Below, one piece after another: positions 28,055 to 38,958 of a DNA stretch of 64,000 nt. Source of the DNA: Nitrosopumilus sp. GTDB taxonomy: Archaea > Thermoproteota > Nitrososphaeria > Nitrososphaerales > Nitrosopumilaceae. A model generated the notes under the pieces. The model searched no databases and was not told the origin of the DNA. It saw only the letters and a program-made list of their open reading frames with translations. The stretch's first letter is position 1. Every line of letters begins with the position of its first letter. Made by a program: the position numbers and the translations under genes. The stretch covers positions 736,001 through 800,000 of the forward strand of contig OZ241981.1 of assembly GCA_965204345.1 (NCBI GenBank). Reading direction: 5' to 3'.

Positions 28055-28876
28055 TTACTGACTTTGCTGCTGCTGTGCCTCTTTTAATTTTTCCCTTATT
28101 TTTGCGCCTACTTTGACAGAAATTTCCGCACACTGGTTAATTTCATCCTGTGTAAATCCGTCACTGCCACCCTTTTGCAGGGCGCAGATATTTCCATCAG
28201 AGTCACTTGTAATTGTAACACGGGCATCCATACTTGCCCACTCATCCCCGTTTGGATCAACGATAATGTGACTGCCAATTTTTCCCAGGGTAACTGAGAC
28301 AGGAATCGTTGATATTGGCAAAGGAGTCTCCTCGCCTTCAACTAGCGTTGGTTTATCATCAACCCAGTTCCATTTTGGAGTCGTAGACGTAAGCAATGCA
28401 GCAGTAGCAGCATAGGAACATGCATCAAACAGATTGCCATCATAGTCAACTACCACGTTATCAGCAAAGACACCAATTACAGACTTGTCCTTCTCAATGA
28501 CCAGCTGAGACACGTCAACCATGTGACTTTCCCGGATTCCCCTATCAACGACTCTAGCTAATTCAATTACAGGAGGTTGTGGGGGTCCGGTCTCAACGGT
28601 TGGATGAGAGAGGGGCAGCAGTTCTGCCGTACAGATAAAGAGACCCCTGTCGCCAGTATCTGGAAAAGGCCTGTCAGGTTGTATCTTTACTCCACAAATG
28701 ACCTCAGTCTCGCCAAGATAGACCCTTGCCGAGCCGTTAGCCTTTGGAATGGCGTTGGTTTGAATTTTAATTTCACGTGATTCATCAAATGCACGCCCAT
28801 CAACACGCTTTCCCTGTTCTAATAACTCAAGAATCTGGGCCTTTTTTAATTCATCAAGAACAGAGACAGATGTCAA
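28055..28876 (-). CDS. rrp42: Exosome subunit Rrp42
   Basis: RNase PH fold, 'ELARVVDRGIRES'. Confidence 0.96.
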   Translation of the reverse strand: MTSVSVLDELKKAQILELLEQGKRVDGRAFDESREIKIQTNAIPKANGSARVYLGETEVICGVKIQPDRPFPDTGDRGLFICTAELLPLSHPTVETGPPQPPVIELARVVDRGIRESHMVDVSQLVIEKDKSVIGVFADNVVVDYDGNLFDACSYAATAALLTSTTPKWNWVDDKPTLVEGEETPLPISTIPVSVTLGKIGSHIIVDPNGDEWASMDARVTITSDSDGNICALQKGGSDGFTQDEINQCAEISVKVGAKIREKLKEAQQQQSQ

Positions 28877-28878
28877 CT

Positions 28879-29613
28879 CTAGTTTCCTCCGTTTCCAAAG
28901 TATTTGTCTTGTAGTGCCTTTTTTTGCAGCTCATAAACAACCTTGCAGCCCTGCACTCCAACCTCAACACATTTCTTGTATTCCTCAAGGGTGAGAACCC
29001 CGTCTAATTGCAACAGTGTAATCTTATCAAGACTTGGCATGTAGCCTATTGGCATGTCAGCCTGGCCTGCTTGGTCCTCTTCGTTGTTGACATCAAGAAT
29101 TACAGTATCTGCAACTTTTCCTGCTGCAACTGCTGCAACCATATCCTTCATGGGAATGCCAGCATCAGCTAGTGCAACGGATGCTGCAGTAAGTGCGGCA
29201 CAGCGGGTTCCGCCATCTGCCTGTAAGACTTCAATGAACACATCAACTGCCGTCCTTGGGAATTTTTCTAGCATTACAGCGGGTTCCAATGCCTCTTTGA
29301 TTACCTTGGATATTTCAATCTCCCTTCTTGAAGGCGCGGGATTTTTTCTTTCGCCAACAGAGAATGGCTCCATATGATATCTGACCCTTAAAATTCCAGT
29401 GTCAGTATTTGACATGTGTTTTGGGTGCACATCTCTTGGCCCAAAGACCCCAACCAAAATTTTGTTATCACCAAACTCAATGTAGGCAGAGCCGTCAGCA
29501 TTTTTTAGTCCGCCTGCCTTTATCATGATACGTCGCGTTTCGTCGACTTTGCGTCCATCACAGCGAATGCCGTTCTCGTCCAATAGGACCATTGTTGCGT
29601 CTCTTCCGCCCAT
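28879..29613 (-). CDS. rrp41: Exosome exonuclease Rrp41
   Basis: 'PSRREIEISKVI', 'QADGGTR'. Confidence 0.97.
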   Translation of the reverse strand: MGGRDATMVLLDENGIRCDGRKVDETRRIMIKAGGLKNADGSAYIEFGDNKILVGVFGPRDVHPKHMSNTDTGILRVRYHMEPFSVGERKNPAPSRREIEISKVIKEALEPAVMLEKFPRTAVDVFIEVLQADGGTRCAALTAASVALADAGIPMKDMVAAVAAGKVADTVILDVNNEEDQAGQADMPIGYMPSLDKITLLQLDGVLTLEEYKKCVEVGVQGCKVVYELQKKALQDKYFGNGGN

Positions 29614-30296
29614 TATGATTCATCATCCTTTATTTCTAACATTTCTTTTACCTGATCAGTCAAATTAGCAACATGTGCTTTTTCGTTAATCATTTGAATT
29701 GCCTTTTTAGCCTTTAATAATCCCTCAGTAGTATCACATGAGACGACTACCCAGCCGTTTTGGCCAATAGTTACTATAGCATTAGTTCCCATCTCAATCA
29801 TCTGAATCATGCTTCCACGTTTTCCAATCAGGCGTGGAATCTTACTAGGAGAGATCTTGACCAAGTCGCCAGAGTCAATTGTGCCCAAGTCCCTATCAGA
29901 GATAGTCACCAACGGATCCCTTGTTCTATCAAAATTAGCTATTCTTGCTGCCACCAAGTCGCCAGTCTTTAGTTTGGATGAGAGTTCATCAGCATGGGCA
30001 GAAAAATCCCGTCCAAAGACGTCTTGGGCAGGCAGAAATCCAACATAGCATGAGTTGATATCAAGTTCCCAGGAAAGAGAGGTGTGAGAAATCACTTTGC
30101 CAATCACAAGATCATCAATTTTAGGAATGTATTTGCCAGTTAGCGGGATGACTTTGACTGAATCATCATAAATTTCAGAAATTCCAATAGTAGTAGAGAT
30201 TATCCTGTTGCCCTCAAGTATTACGTTTTGTTCGGGTCTAAACGGGCCAGTTGTCACTACATCCCCAGGAATGACGTATTTTCTCTTATTATCCAT
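29613..30296 (-). CDS. rrp4: Exosome RNA-binding subunit Rrp4
   Basis: S1 plus KH domains, 'PRLIGKRGSM', 'GQNG'. Confidence 0.96.
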   Translation of the reverse strand: MDNKRKYVIPGDVVTTGPFRPEQNVILEGNRIISTTIGISEIYDDSVKVIPLTGKYIPKIDDLVIGKVISHTSLSWELDINSCYVGFLPAQDVFGRDFSAHADELSSKLKTGDLVAARIANFDRTRDPLVTISDRDLGTIDSGDLVKISPSKIPRLIGKRGSMIQMIEMGTNAIVTIGQNGWVVVSCDTTEGLLKAKKAIQMINEKAHVANLTDQVKEMLEIKDDES

Positions 30297-30982
30297 TATG
30301 AAACTACCTCTACTGTGGCAGAGCCCTTTGTTATAGAGCCTAGTCTATCTATCACGTTTGACCTTGCCCCTGCGGGTATTTCAAGTATTGCTTTTAGGGA
30401 ACCGTTATTTTGCCATTCGGTTTTTTTTAATGATCCGGCAGACTTTAGCACGGCATAGGATTGGGATGCAAACTGGGCAGGAATGGCAATCTCTAATTGT
30501 AAGCTTTCGGACTTTAGGGCAATTATTGAACGCAGTTTTTCAACGACATCTTTTACCTGCTCATCAGCGTTCTTTTGAGGGTCAACTGACACTCTGCCAT
30601 CTTTCATGGCCTGTTCAATTCTTAGCGGAGGGTGTGGAAGGTGGGTCTTTGGATCCACATAGGTCTTGGCAATAAATGTCACAATCTGTTTTTTCTTGTC
30701 TTCTACCATTTTACGTCTTTGATCAGTGGTAAGGTTGAGATCACCTTTTTCCATAATTATCTGGGCAATTTCAGCTTGGTCCTCAGTTTTGAATGCCTTT
30801 AAGAGCTTCTCAGAAGAAGGCCTAGTACCCTTTCCAGAATCTGTATAAATTTCATCTGAAATCAGGACAGCAGAAATATCTTTCTTCTTGCCTAGCTTGT
30901 AATCAAGTGCGGGATCTGGCTTTACCATAATTTCAAATTTTTCTCCTTCAAAGGAATATCTTACCAAGGAGACATCAGCCAT
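30296..30982 (-). CDS. sdo1: Ribosome maturation factor SBDS/Sdo1
   Basis: 'GEKFEI', 'DPKTHLPHPPLRIEQAM'. Confidence 0.96.
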   Translation of the reverse strand: MADVSLVRYSFEGEKFEIMVKPDPALDYKLGKKKDISAVLISDEIYTDSGKGTRPSSEKLLKAFKTEDQAEIAQIIMEKGDLNLTTDQRRKMVEDKKKQIVTFIAKTYVDPKTHLPHPPLRIEQAMKDGRVSVDPQKNADEQVKDVVEKLRSIIALKSESLQLEIAIPAQFASQSYAVLKSAGSLKKTEWQNNGSLKAILEIPAGARSNVIDRLGSITKGSATVEVVS

Positions 30983-31070
30983 ATCTAAAGATGGTTAGAA
31001 GTGTTTGGTATTTATCTATACGTAAAACCAGTTAGATTTTTATGTGGACTTTGAAGATTTTGTTCAAGAT

Positions 31071-31709
31071 TTGTCATCCTTAGAGGTAGTTAGTAAAGAT
31101 AGCCAAAAGATAGCTATAAAGCTAAAAGGAATTCCATTACAATATGCAAACGCACTTCGAAGAGTTTGTTTAAACGGAGTTTTGGTTTTTGCAATAGATA
31201 CAGTGGATATTATTGAAAATTCATCAGTCTTGCCAGATGAGGGCTTGGCACACAGGTTAGGTTTAATTCCAATAAGCACGGATTTGAGCAGGTTTAACGA
31301 GCCATCAAAATGTGAATGTCAAAGCGAGACGGGATGCTCAAACTGCAAGGTCATGCTGGTGCTAGACTCTGGAGATTCAGATGTCACAAGGACTGTTCTC
31401 TCAAATGAGTTATCCTCAGAAGATGATTCCATAAAGCCAGTCTCAGGCAGTGTCCCAATAGTTGAACTAGCACCTGGCCAGAGAATCAAGGTAGAGTGCT
31501 ATGCAAGACTAGGGCGGGGCACAGAGCATGCCAAATGGAACTCTGCAAACATTTCAATGCTGACTGATACTGACAAGGAGGATGTCAAGCTTTTAACAGT
31601 AGAATCAACGGGAGCGTTAAATCCTGAGCAAATAATTGTTTCAGGAGTAGAGGAAGTAAGCAACAGGGTAGGTCAGTTCAAAGAGATGATTGACCAAGTT
31701 CAAGCATAA
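31071..31709 (+). CDS. rpoD: RNA polymerase subunit Rpo3 (D)
   Basis: 'ANALRR', 'LAHRLGLIP', 'GTEHAKW'. Confidence 0.96.
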   Translation: MSSLEVVSKDSQKIAIKLKGIPLQYANALRRVCLNGVLVFAIDTVDIIENSSVLPDEGLAHRLGLIPISTDLSRFNEPSKCECQSETGCSNCKVMLVLDSGDSDVTRTVLSNELSSEDDSIKPVSGSVPIVELAPGQRIKVECYARLGRGTEHAKWNSANISMLTDTDKEDVKLLTVESTGALNPEQIIVSGVEEVSNRVGQFKEMIDQVQA

Positions 31710-31754
31710 TCCAAGCATAGACATTATATTTGGGTTTCAAACCGAATTATTCAC

Positions 31755-32102
31755 ATGACTAGCCAAGTGGTTATACGTATGGCCAAAGATCTAAAAAAGG
31801 CATCAATTAAAAACGATGCACCAATTTGGGGCAGGATTGCAGAATATGCATTAAAGCCATCCATTGCAAGAAGGGATCTTAATTTAAACAGGATTGGACA
31901 GCTGACAAGAGAAAATGACACGGTGGTATTTCCAGGCAAGGTTCTTGGAACAGGCAGTATTTCTCACAAAATCACATTGTTCTCATTCTCAATTTCAAAT
32001 TCTGCTGCTAGCAAAATCATTGAAAATGGCGGAAAGATAATCAGCCATACGGATCTGATCAAGCAAAATCCAACGGGAAAGGAGGTAGTGCTACTTGGCT
32101 AA
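31755..32102 (+). CDS. rpl18e: 50S ribosomal protein eL18
   Basis: 'VVFPGKVLGTG'; operon context. Confidence 0.95.
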   Translation: MTSQVVIRMAKDLKKASIKNDAPIWGRIAEYALKPSIARRDLNLNRIGQLTRENDTVVFPGKVLGTGSISHKITLFSFSISNSAASKIIENGGKIISHTDLIKQNPTGKEVVLLG

Positions 32103-32592
32103 TGGAAGAATCAACAAGCCCACAAGAGCGACCAAGCAGGAAACGGTTGTAAGAACAGACAGGCCTATTGTCATAGATGCAACAGATCACATTGCCGGAA
32201 GACTGGCATCAAATGTCGCAAAATTACTAATCAAGGGCAACAGGGTATCAGTGGTAAATTGTGAAAAAATTATGATGAGTGGAACCAGGAGCAATCAAAT
32301 CAAAGAGTATCGAGAGTTTTTAGAGATTAACAGCATTATCAACTACAAGCACGGGCCAGTCCACTATAGAAGGCCAGATACGGTAATGGCAAAAATGATT
32401 CGCCAGATGCTGCCATTTGATAGAAAGCCTTCAGGAAAGGAATCATATCAAAGACTCAGAACATACATTGGCTCGCCCAAAGAAATCAAATCACTTGAAA
32501 AAATTCAATTTGAAAAAGCTAAAATCAAAAAGGCCCCATCAAACTATACTGCACTAGGGGAGTTATGCAGGGTAATAGGGTGGACTGAATGA
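32095..32592 (+). CDS. rpl13: 50S ribosomal protein uL13
   Basis: 'GRLASNVAK', 'GPVHYRRPD'. Confidence 0.96.
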   Translation: MANGRINKPTRATKQETVVRTDRPIVIDATDHIAGRLASNVAKLLIKGNRVSVVNCEKIMMSGTRSNQIKEYREFLEINSIINYKHGPVHYRRPDTVMAKMIRQMLPFDRKPSGKESYQRLRTYIGSPKEIKSLEKIQFEKAKIKKAPSNYTALGELCRVIGWTE

Positions 32593-33038
32593 CAACACCA
32601 AAGACTGAAATCTATTTTGCTACAAGAAAGACGGCCAGTGCGCATGTTTACATTACCAAGGGCAAGGGAAAAATCAGAATCAACAACATACCAGTAGAAA
32701 TGATTCCACAAGAGACTGCCCGTGAAGTTATCTTGGCGCCATTAGAGATTACAGGTGACCTAAGAGACAAGATAGACATCTCTGTCAGAGTAAGAGGAGG
32801 GGGTTTTATGGGACAGGCCAGTGCAGTGGCAATTGGAATTTCAAGGGCACTAACGGGATGGACAAAAACCAAAAAAGAGCCAAAAGATCATCCCTTCCCA
32901 AAATCAACTAGAGAGGACCTGAGAAAAAGAATTACAGATTTTGATAAATACCTAGTCAGCGGAGATGCCAGAAGAAAAGAACCAAAGAAATTTGGCGGAC
33001 CTGGTGCAAGAAGAAGAAAGCAAAAGTCATATCGTTAG
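32589..33038 (+). CDS. rps9: 30S ribosomal protein uS9
   Basis: 'GGGFMGQA', 'EPKKFGGPGARRRKQKSYR'. Confidence 0.97.
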   Translation: MTTPKTEIYFATRKTASAHVYITKGKGKIRINNIPVEMIPQETAREVILAPLEITGDLRDKIDISVRVRGGGFMGQASAVAIGISRALTGWTKTKKEPKDHPFPKSTREDLRKRITDFDKYLVSGDARRKEPKKFGGPGARRRKQKSYR

Positions 33039-33041
33039 GCC

Positions 33042-33761
33042 GTGAAGGCTGTAATTCTTGCAGGCGGCAAAGGAACCAGAGGCAACCCATATACAGAATA
33101 CTTTCCAAAGGCAATGACCCCAATCAATGAGAGGCCATTGATTGACTATGTAGTTAGATATCTAAAATCATTTAGTTTTGTAAGTGAGGTCATTATAATT
33201 TCGGACTTTGAGGGGCTGGGAGGCCAAATAAAGAATTATTTTGAGGGTCAAAAAAATATTTCATTTGTTCAGGATTCCCAAAGTGGGACAGGTGGGGATT
33301 TGCTGCACATTGCAGGGAAGATCAGAGACGAATCGGGGTTTATCTTATGGTTTGTGGATAATTTGTGTGCTGTGGATATTAAAGAAATGAGAAGAGTATT
33401 CAAAGAGAGAGAAAGTTCGGCCTGCATTGCCACTAGAGCCAAAAGAAGAGAGGAGACAGGATTTGCAACAGTTAGAAACGGAGTAATTACAGAGTTTAAG
33501 GAAAAGCCAATGATGAGACTGCAGATGTCAGAGTGCTTGGGAGTCTACATGCTGGGAAAGGACGTCATGAAAAGAATAAGATCAAAGCAAAAGCAAAAAA
33601 AGATTAATCTCTCATATGACGTACTGCAAGAGCTATCAAAGGAAGGAAAAATTAGCGCATTTGACATTGGGAATAACGAGTGGCTGGATGTAGAATCCCC
33701 GATGATTTTAGAGAGAAATGAGAAAAAAGTAAAGAAGATTATAAAACAGATGGGACTCTAG
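33042..33761 (+). CDS. Sugar-phosphate nucleotidyltransferase family protein
   Basis: 'AVILAGGKGTR', PK, 'FKEKP'. Confidence 0.9.
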   Translation: MKAVILAGGKGTRGNPYTEYFPKAMTPINERPLIDYVVRYLKSFSFVSEVIIISDFEGLGGQIKNYFEGQKNISFVQDSQSGTGGDLLHIAGKIRDESGFILWFVDNLCAVDIKEMRRVFKERESSACIATRAKRREETGFATVRNGVITEFKEKPMMRLQMSECLGVYMLGKDVMKRIRSKQKQKKINLSYDVLQELSKEGKISAFDIGNNEWLDVESPMILERNEKKVKKIIKQMGL

Positions 33762-34323
33762 ACTCTTTCTCAAAGTCTGTGATTTTATCCTCATATTGAA
33801 AAGTTTGAGCAATATCATCGAGGCCTTCTAAGAGAATTTTTTTCTTGTAAGAGTCAATCTCAAAGGCTATTTTCTCTGAGACAGTCGTAATTAGTTGGTT
33901 TTCCAAATCAATCACGACTTTGCCGGTTTCTAATTGCAGTCTCTCTACTGTTTTATCATCTAAGATTATGGGCAAAACGCCATTTTTGAAGCAGTTGCTA
34001 TAAAAAATGTCTGCAAAAGAGGGGGCAATTATTACCAGAAAACCATAGTCTAGCAGAGCCCATACTGCATGTTCACGGCTAGAGCCGCAGCCAAAATTAT
34101 CCCCTGCCACCAGAATTTTTGAATTTTCATATTTTGAATCATTTAGCACAAAATCAGACTTTATATTCTCATTTTTGTCATACCTCCAATCAAAAAACAA
34201 GAATTTCCCAAACCCGGACTTTTGGACCAGTTTTAAGAACTGCTTTGGTACGATTTGATCAGTGTCAACATTTACTTTGTCAAGGGGAGTCACAATGCTA
34301 GATATCTTGCTAAAAGGCTCCAT
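33739..34323 (-). CDS. leuD: 3-isopropylmalate dehydratase small subunit (bacterial type)
   Basis: 'NVDTDQIVPKQFLK', '[11 protein letters not shown]', 'GLDDI'. Confidence 0.95.
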   Translation of the reverse strand: MEPFSKISSIVTPLDKVNVDTDQIVPKQFLKLVQKSGFGKFLFFDWRYDKNENIKSDFVLNDSKYENSKILVAGDNFGCGSSREHAVWALLDYGFLVIIAPSFADIFYSNCFKNGVLPIILDDKTVERLQLETGKVVIDLENQLITTVSEKIAFEIDSYKKKILLEGLDDIAQTFQYEDKITDFEKESRVPSVL

Positions 34324-34324
34324 G

Positions 34325-35740
34325 TTAACCCAAGTCCATCTTCCTAACATCCACAAAGTGTCCCTCAATGGCAGCAGCGGCAGCCATTACCGGACTTACC
34401 AAGTGGGTTCGGCCACCGGTTCCCTGTCTTCCCTCAAAATTTCGATTTGAGGTGCTTGCACAGCGCTCACCGGGGGACAGAACGTCAGGATTCATTCCAA
34501 GGCACATGCTACATCCTGCCTCACGCCACTCAAAGTTTGCATCTGTGAAAATTTTATCCAATCCGATTTCTTCTGCCTGTTTTTTTACCATTTGGGAGCC
34601 GGGTACAACCATAGCTGTGACATTAGGCGAAATTTTTTGGTCTTTGATTATTTTGGATGCCTCAATGAGATCCTCTAACCGGGCATTAGTACAAGAGCCG
34701 ATAAACACCTTATCAATGGCAATATCCTCGATGCGCGTTCCAGGTTTTAGATCCATATAGTCAAGGGCTTTTTGAGCCCCCTTCTTCTGATTTAAATCAC
34801 CTCTTGAAAACTCATCAGGACTGGGAATGGATTCTGTAACATCACAGGTCATGCCGGGATTTGTACCCCAGCTGACTTGGGGTGCTATATCATCAATGTG
34901 CAAAGTGAATTGCTTATCAAATACCGCATCAGAATCAGTTTTCAAGCTATTCTTCCAGGAATCAACCAGCGACTCGTAGTTGCTTGGAGTGTATTCTCTG
35001 CCCCTAAGATAGTCAAAGGTTTTCTCATCAGGGGCAATCAGACCGGCACGTGCGCCTGCCTCAATGGACATGTTACATATGGTCATGCGCTGCTCCATTG
35101 AAAGATCAGCAATCCCCTGGCCACGGTATTCAATTACGGTTCCCGTACCGCCGCCGGTGCCAATATTCTTTATGATAGATAGCACAATGTCTTTTGCAGT
35201 AACAGCATTAGGATTCTTGCGCTTACCCTCAACCCTAACTTCAAAGGGCTTTGGTTTTTCTAGCCACATTGTTTGGGATGCCAGTACATGCTCGACATCG
35301 CTAGTCCCTATACCCAAAGCCAAAGCCCCAAATGCCCCATGGGTAGAGGTATGGCTATCACCGCAAACAATGGTGGTACCAGGCAAGGTAATTCCCAGCT
35401 GAGGGCCAATTACATGCACTATTCCCTGATTGGGGCTGTTAATGCCAAATAGTTTAATTCCAAAATATTTGCAGTTTTTTTCAAGAGTTTGAATTTGGAC
35501 AGATGATGTTTGATCCAGTATTGGAAGGGAACGATCAGTGGTTGGAACGTTATGATCCATTGTTGCAATGGTAAGATCAGGCCGACGTACTTTTCTATTA
35601 TTTGTTCGTAATCCCTCAAAGGCCTGCGGAGAGGTTACCTCATGGACAAGATGCCTGTCTATGTAGATTAATGAAGGCCCGTTTTGTTTTTCTACAACAA
35701 GATGAGAGTCCCAAATCTTTTCAAAAAGAGTCTTTCCCAT
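34325..35740 (-). CDS. leuC: 3-isopropylmalate dehydratase large subunit (bacterial type)
   Basis: 'HEVTSPQAF', 'GSCTN', 'GCSMCLGMN', '[10 protein letters not shown]'. Confidence 0.96.
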   Translation of the reverse strand: MGKTLFEKIWDSHLVVEKQNGPSLIYIDRHLVHEVTSPQAFEGLRTNNRKVRRPDLTIATMDHNVPTTDRSLPILDQTSSVQIQTLEKNCKYFGIKLFGINSPNQGIVHVIGPQLGITLPGTTIVCGDSHTSTHGAFGALALGIGTSDVEHVLASQTMWLEKPKPFEVRVEGKRKNPNAVTAKDIVLSIIKNIGTGGGTGTVIEYRGQGIADLSMEQRMTICNMSIEAGARAGLIAPDEKTFDYLRGREYTPSNYESLVDSWKNSLKTDSDAVFDKQFTLHIDDIAPQVSWGTNPGMTCDVTESIPSPDEFSRGDLNQKKGAQKALDYMDLKPGTRIEDIAIDKVFIGSCTNARLEDLIEASKIIKDQKISPNVTAMVVPGSQMVKKQAEEIGLDKIFTDANFEWREAGCSMCLGMNPDVLSPGERCASTSNRNFEGRQGTGGRTHLVSPVMAAAAAIEGHFVDVRKMDLG

Positions 35741-35741
35741 T

Positions 35742-36233
35742 TTAATCCTGGCTTGGTTTGTATTTGAAAAGACCGCCTGCGGCAATTATATTTCCAATAA
35801 TTTCTGAAAAAGGCTTCATTTTGTATGTCTGGTTTTTGGTAATATTTTGGATTTGATTTGAGGATAAATCAATGGATATTTCATCGCCCTCAGAGATTCC
35901 ATCATATGCGTCCTGTTCAATCTCAATAGGTAGCAAAAATGCACCATCAACTGAGTTACGATAAAAGATTCTTGCAAAAGACAGTGCAAGAACCGCCTTT
36001 ATCCCTGAATGCGATAATGCGATGGGAGCATGTTCACGGGAAGAGCCACAGCCAAAATTTTTGCCAGATAAAATAAAATCGCCTTCTTTTACCTTTGAAT
36101 GAAAACTGGGATCCAGTCCCTCCATAGCATGTGTTGCAAGTTCTGCATAGTCATGGACCTTCAAATACTGTCCAGGAATAATCACGTCAGTATCAACATT
36201 GTCTTGGGCATATTTTATGACGTTGCCCCTCAT
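35742..36233 (-). CDS. Archaeal-type LeuD/HacB small subunit (probable homoaconitase)
   Basis: '[12 protein letters not shown]', '[11 protein letters not shown]'. Confidence 0.85.
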   Translation of the reverse strand: MRGNVIKYAQDNVDTDVIIPGQYLKVHDYAELATHAMEGLDPSFHSKVKEGDFILSGKNFGCGSSREHAPIALSHSGIKAVLALSFARIFYRNSVDGAFLLPIEIEQDAYDGISEGDEISIDLSSNQIQNITKNQTYKMKPFSEIIGNIIAAGGLFKYKPSQD

Positions 36234-37510
36234 TACAAATCCCTCGGATCAGTAATCCTTCCGGTTACAGCAGAAGCTGCTGCTACCAGTGGGGATGAAA
36301 GATAGGTCTGAGACTCTACATGGCCCATCCTGCCTGGGAAATTTCTGTTTGTGGTACTGATGCATACTTCATCCTTGGCAAGAACACCCATATGGGCCCC
36401 GCAACACGCACCACAGGTTGGTGGTCCAACAGTAACACCGGCATCCAAGAAAATCTTCAGCAAGCCATTTTCCATAGCCCTTTGATAAATTGAAATTGCA
36501 GCAGGCAGAACTTCGGTCCTAATCTTTACCTTTCTTCCTTTAAGGATTTTGGCAGCGGCTTGAAGATCCTCATATTTTGCCCCGGTACAAGAGCCAATGT
36601 ATGATTTGTCCAGTTCAACAGAAGGGGCTTCCCTGACTATGCACGTGTTTTCAGGGGAAAATGGCGCTGCAATTGTAGGCTCCATTTCAGAACTTTCAAA
36701 TTCAAAGACTTTGGCATAGTCATCATCCTCACCGTCGCCCCTTACCAAACTGATGTTTGTCGCGCCCCTTTGGGCAAGATAGTCAACGACCTTTTGATCA
36801 GGCTCAACTATCCCATTCTTTGCGCCAGCTTCTGTAGTCATGTTGCATAATGTCAGCCTGCTTTCAACAGACATTTCTTTGATGCCAGTTCCGCCAAACT
36901 GCATTGTCTGATATGCGCCGCCATCGGTTCCAATTTCTCCGATAATTTTTAAGATTAGATCCTTTGCCATGACATGTTCGGGCAGTTTCCCATTTAGCTT
37001 GAAGAGAAAAGTCTCGGGAACTTTGAACCAGATTTCTCCATTTAGCAAAACATATGCAATGTCAGTATGCCCCAGACCGCAAGCAAAAGCGCCCAATGCC
37101 CCAGTTGTATTAGTATGAGAGTCTCCGCCAACGTAGACATCTCCGGGCATTACCATGGCCTCTTCATGGGAGATGGTATGACAAATCCCATATTGTCCCA
37201 TGCCATACTTGAAGTGTTTTTCAATTCCGTAATTTTTTGTAAAGTTTGATAGTTTTACAATGTTCTCAGCTGATGCCTTTTCTGCTGATGGGACAAAATG
37301 GTCCTCGGCAACCCAGACTTTTGCAGGATCCCACAACTTGTCAACGGAAATTCCCTGCTTTCTGAGCTTCTCAAATACCTTAATCACCCCGGGTCCTGAA
37401 ACATCATGTACCATGACCTTGTCAACCTTGGCAAAGACCACATCATCAGGAGCTACAGAGGATTTTCCGGCACTGCGAGCAAGAATCTTCTCAGTAATAT
37501 TCATAATCAA
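36233..37510 (-). CDS. Archaeal-type LeuC/HacA large subunit (probable homoaconitase)
   Basis: 'DSHT', 'IGSCT', 'CGACCG', 'TNRNFPGRMG'. Confidence 0.88.
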   Translation of the reverse strand: MIMNITEKILARSAGKSSVAPDDVVFAKVDKVMVHDVSGPGVIKVFEKLRKQGISVDKLWDPAKVWVAEDHFVPSAEKASAENIVKLSNFTKNYGIEKHFKYGMGQYGICHTISHEEAMVMPGDVYVGGDSHTNTTGALGAFACGLGHTDIAYVLLNGEIWFKVPETFLFKLNGKLPEHVMAKDLILKIIGEIGTDGGAYQTMQFGGTGIKEMSVESRLTLCNMTTEAGAKNGIVEPDQKVVDYLAQRGATNISLVRGDGEDDDYAKVFEFESSEMEPTIAAPFSPENTCIVREAPSVELDKSYIGSCTGAKYEDLQAAAKILKGRKVKIRTEVLPAAISIYQRAMENGLLKIFLDAGVTVGPPTCGACCGAHMGVLAKDEVCISTTNRNFPGRMGHVESQTYLSSPLVAAASAVTGRITDPRDL

Positions 37511-37577
37511 AAAAGCTTGTTCTACAGATTAAAAGCTTTTCAGAACAATAAAAAAGAAAAGAAACGCTCAGAATATT

Positions 37578-38354
37578 ATGCAGTTAGCAGTTTTGCCCCT
37601 CTTAGCAGAAAGGGAGGAAGGAGTGTTTGACGTTTTTCAGGCATTGCTAAGAGCACTGAAGAGAAACGGCACAAAATTAGAGGATCATGATGTTTTAGTG
37701 ATTTCAACAAAATACATCTCAAACTCACAAGGAAGAATAATAGATGTAAGAAAGACCAAGACCTCAGAAGAGGGTTTGAAAATTTCAAAAAATTTTCAAT
37801 TAAAGTCAGAAATTGCAGAGATTATCATCAGAGAATCAGATAGGATATTTGGAGGAATAGGTGGATTTGTCATTGCATCTTCTGATAACATCATGGCCCC
37901 AAATGCAGGTATTGACAAGTCAAATGCGAAAAAAGACAGGGTAATACTATATCCAAGAGATCCATACAGAACAGCAGAGGAGATACGCAGGAAAATTTTC
38001 CTGGAATTTTTCATTCATGTTGGAATTATTTTGGCAGATAGCAGACTGATGCCGGCAAGAATTGGCACGTCAGGAGTTGCAGTATCTTGTGCAGGAATAA
38101 AGCCAGTCTTGGATATGAGGGCAAAAAAGGATCTTGATGGAAATCCATTAAAGGTGACTTTTCAAGCAGTGGCAGACAATCTTGCCACGATTGCAAATCA
38201 CAAAATGGGGGAGGGTGCAGAGTCAAAACCGTTTGCAATTATTAAAAATTCAGGAGCCAGACTTACAGACAAAAGAATCAATTCATCAGAGATGGCAATC
38301 CCTCCAGAACAGTGCGTATATGTCAGGGGACTGTCAAATCCACCAAATACGTAA
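37578..38354 (+). CDS. cofE: Coenzyme F420-0:L-glutamate ligase
   Basis: 'NAGIDKSN', 'GIILADS', 'DLDGNPL', 'MGEGAESKP'. Confidence 0.9.
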   Translation: MQLAVLPLLAEREEGVFDVFQALLRALKRNGTKLEDHDVLVISTKYISNSQGRIIDVRKTKTSEEGLKISKNFQLKSEIAEIIIRESDRIFGGIGGFVIASSDNIMAPNAGIDKSNAKKDRVILYPRDPYRTAEEIRRKIFLEFFIHVGIILADSRLMPARIGTSGVAVSCAGIKPVLDMRAKKDLDGNPLKVTFQAVADNLATIANHKMGEGAESKPFAIIKNSGARLTDKRINSSEMAIPPEQCVYVRGLSNPPNT

Positions 38355-38401
38355 TCCAAATTTTTATTCTGCTTTAAATAGAGGCATTTGGTGAAAAAAA
38401 T

Positions 38402-38956
38402 ATGGAATATCTTACCACATATCCAAAAACCGTATCATATCTTGATGGAATAAAACACATAATTAATGTGGATAGCAAGGACGGTCTAGAACAGCTCCAC
38501 ATAGTGGTCAAAAAGAGCTTTGAAGAACTAACCAAAATCTTTGCAGAGGAGGGATTCACCAAGGTCAAGCTAGAACACAAACAGCCAGATCAAATTGGAA
38601 GCGGTCTTAATCTTAAATTAAAAAAACCATGGGAGATGCACATCAGAATGGTGGACTTGAAAAAAGGATTGATAGGAATTCATGCAGAAGTTGAGGTGTC
38701 AAGGGACTATCTGCAGCATTTGTTTTCCCAAAGAACACCGGTGGTATACGAAGTAGAAGAGATTTTAAAAAAATATCAGGTGGATTACAGTATCTGGCAT
38801 GACAAAATCAAGAAAAATGTTCATGCAATTGTAGATAACTACAAGGTCAAGTTGGCAACCCCAAGCATACCGGTATTTGCATGGAAACCAATGTTATTTG
38901 TAATTGGAACAATCGGAGCCTTTTATGGCTGGAAATACTTTAACACTATTTGGTAG
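38402..38956 (+). CDS. Hypothetical protein with C-terminal TM
   Basis: 184-aa ORF, hydrophobic C-terminus. Confidence 0.75.
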   Translation: MEYLTTYPKTVSYLDGIKHIINVDSKDGLEQLHIVVKKSFEELTKIFAEEGFTKVKLEHKQPDQIGSGLNLKLKKPWEMHIRMVDLKKGLIGIHAEVEVSRDYLQHLFSQRTPVVYEVEEILKKYQVDYSIWHDKIKKNVHAIVDNYKVKLATPSIPVFAWKPMLFVIGTIGAFYGWKYFNTIW

Positions 38957-38958
38957 GA

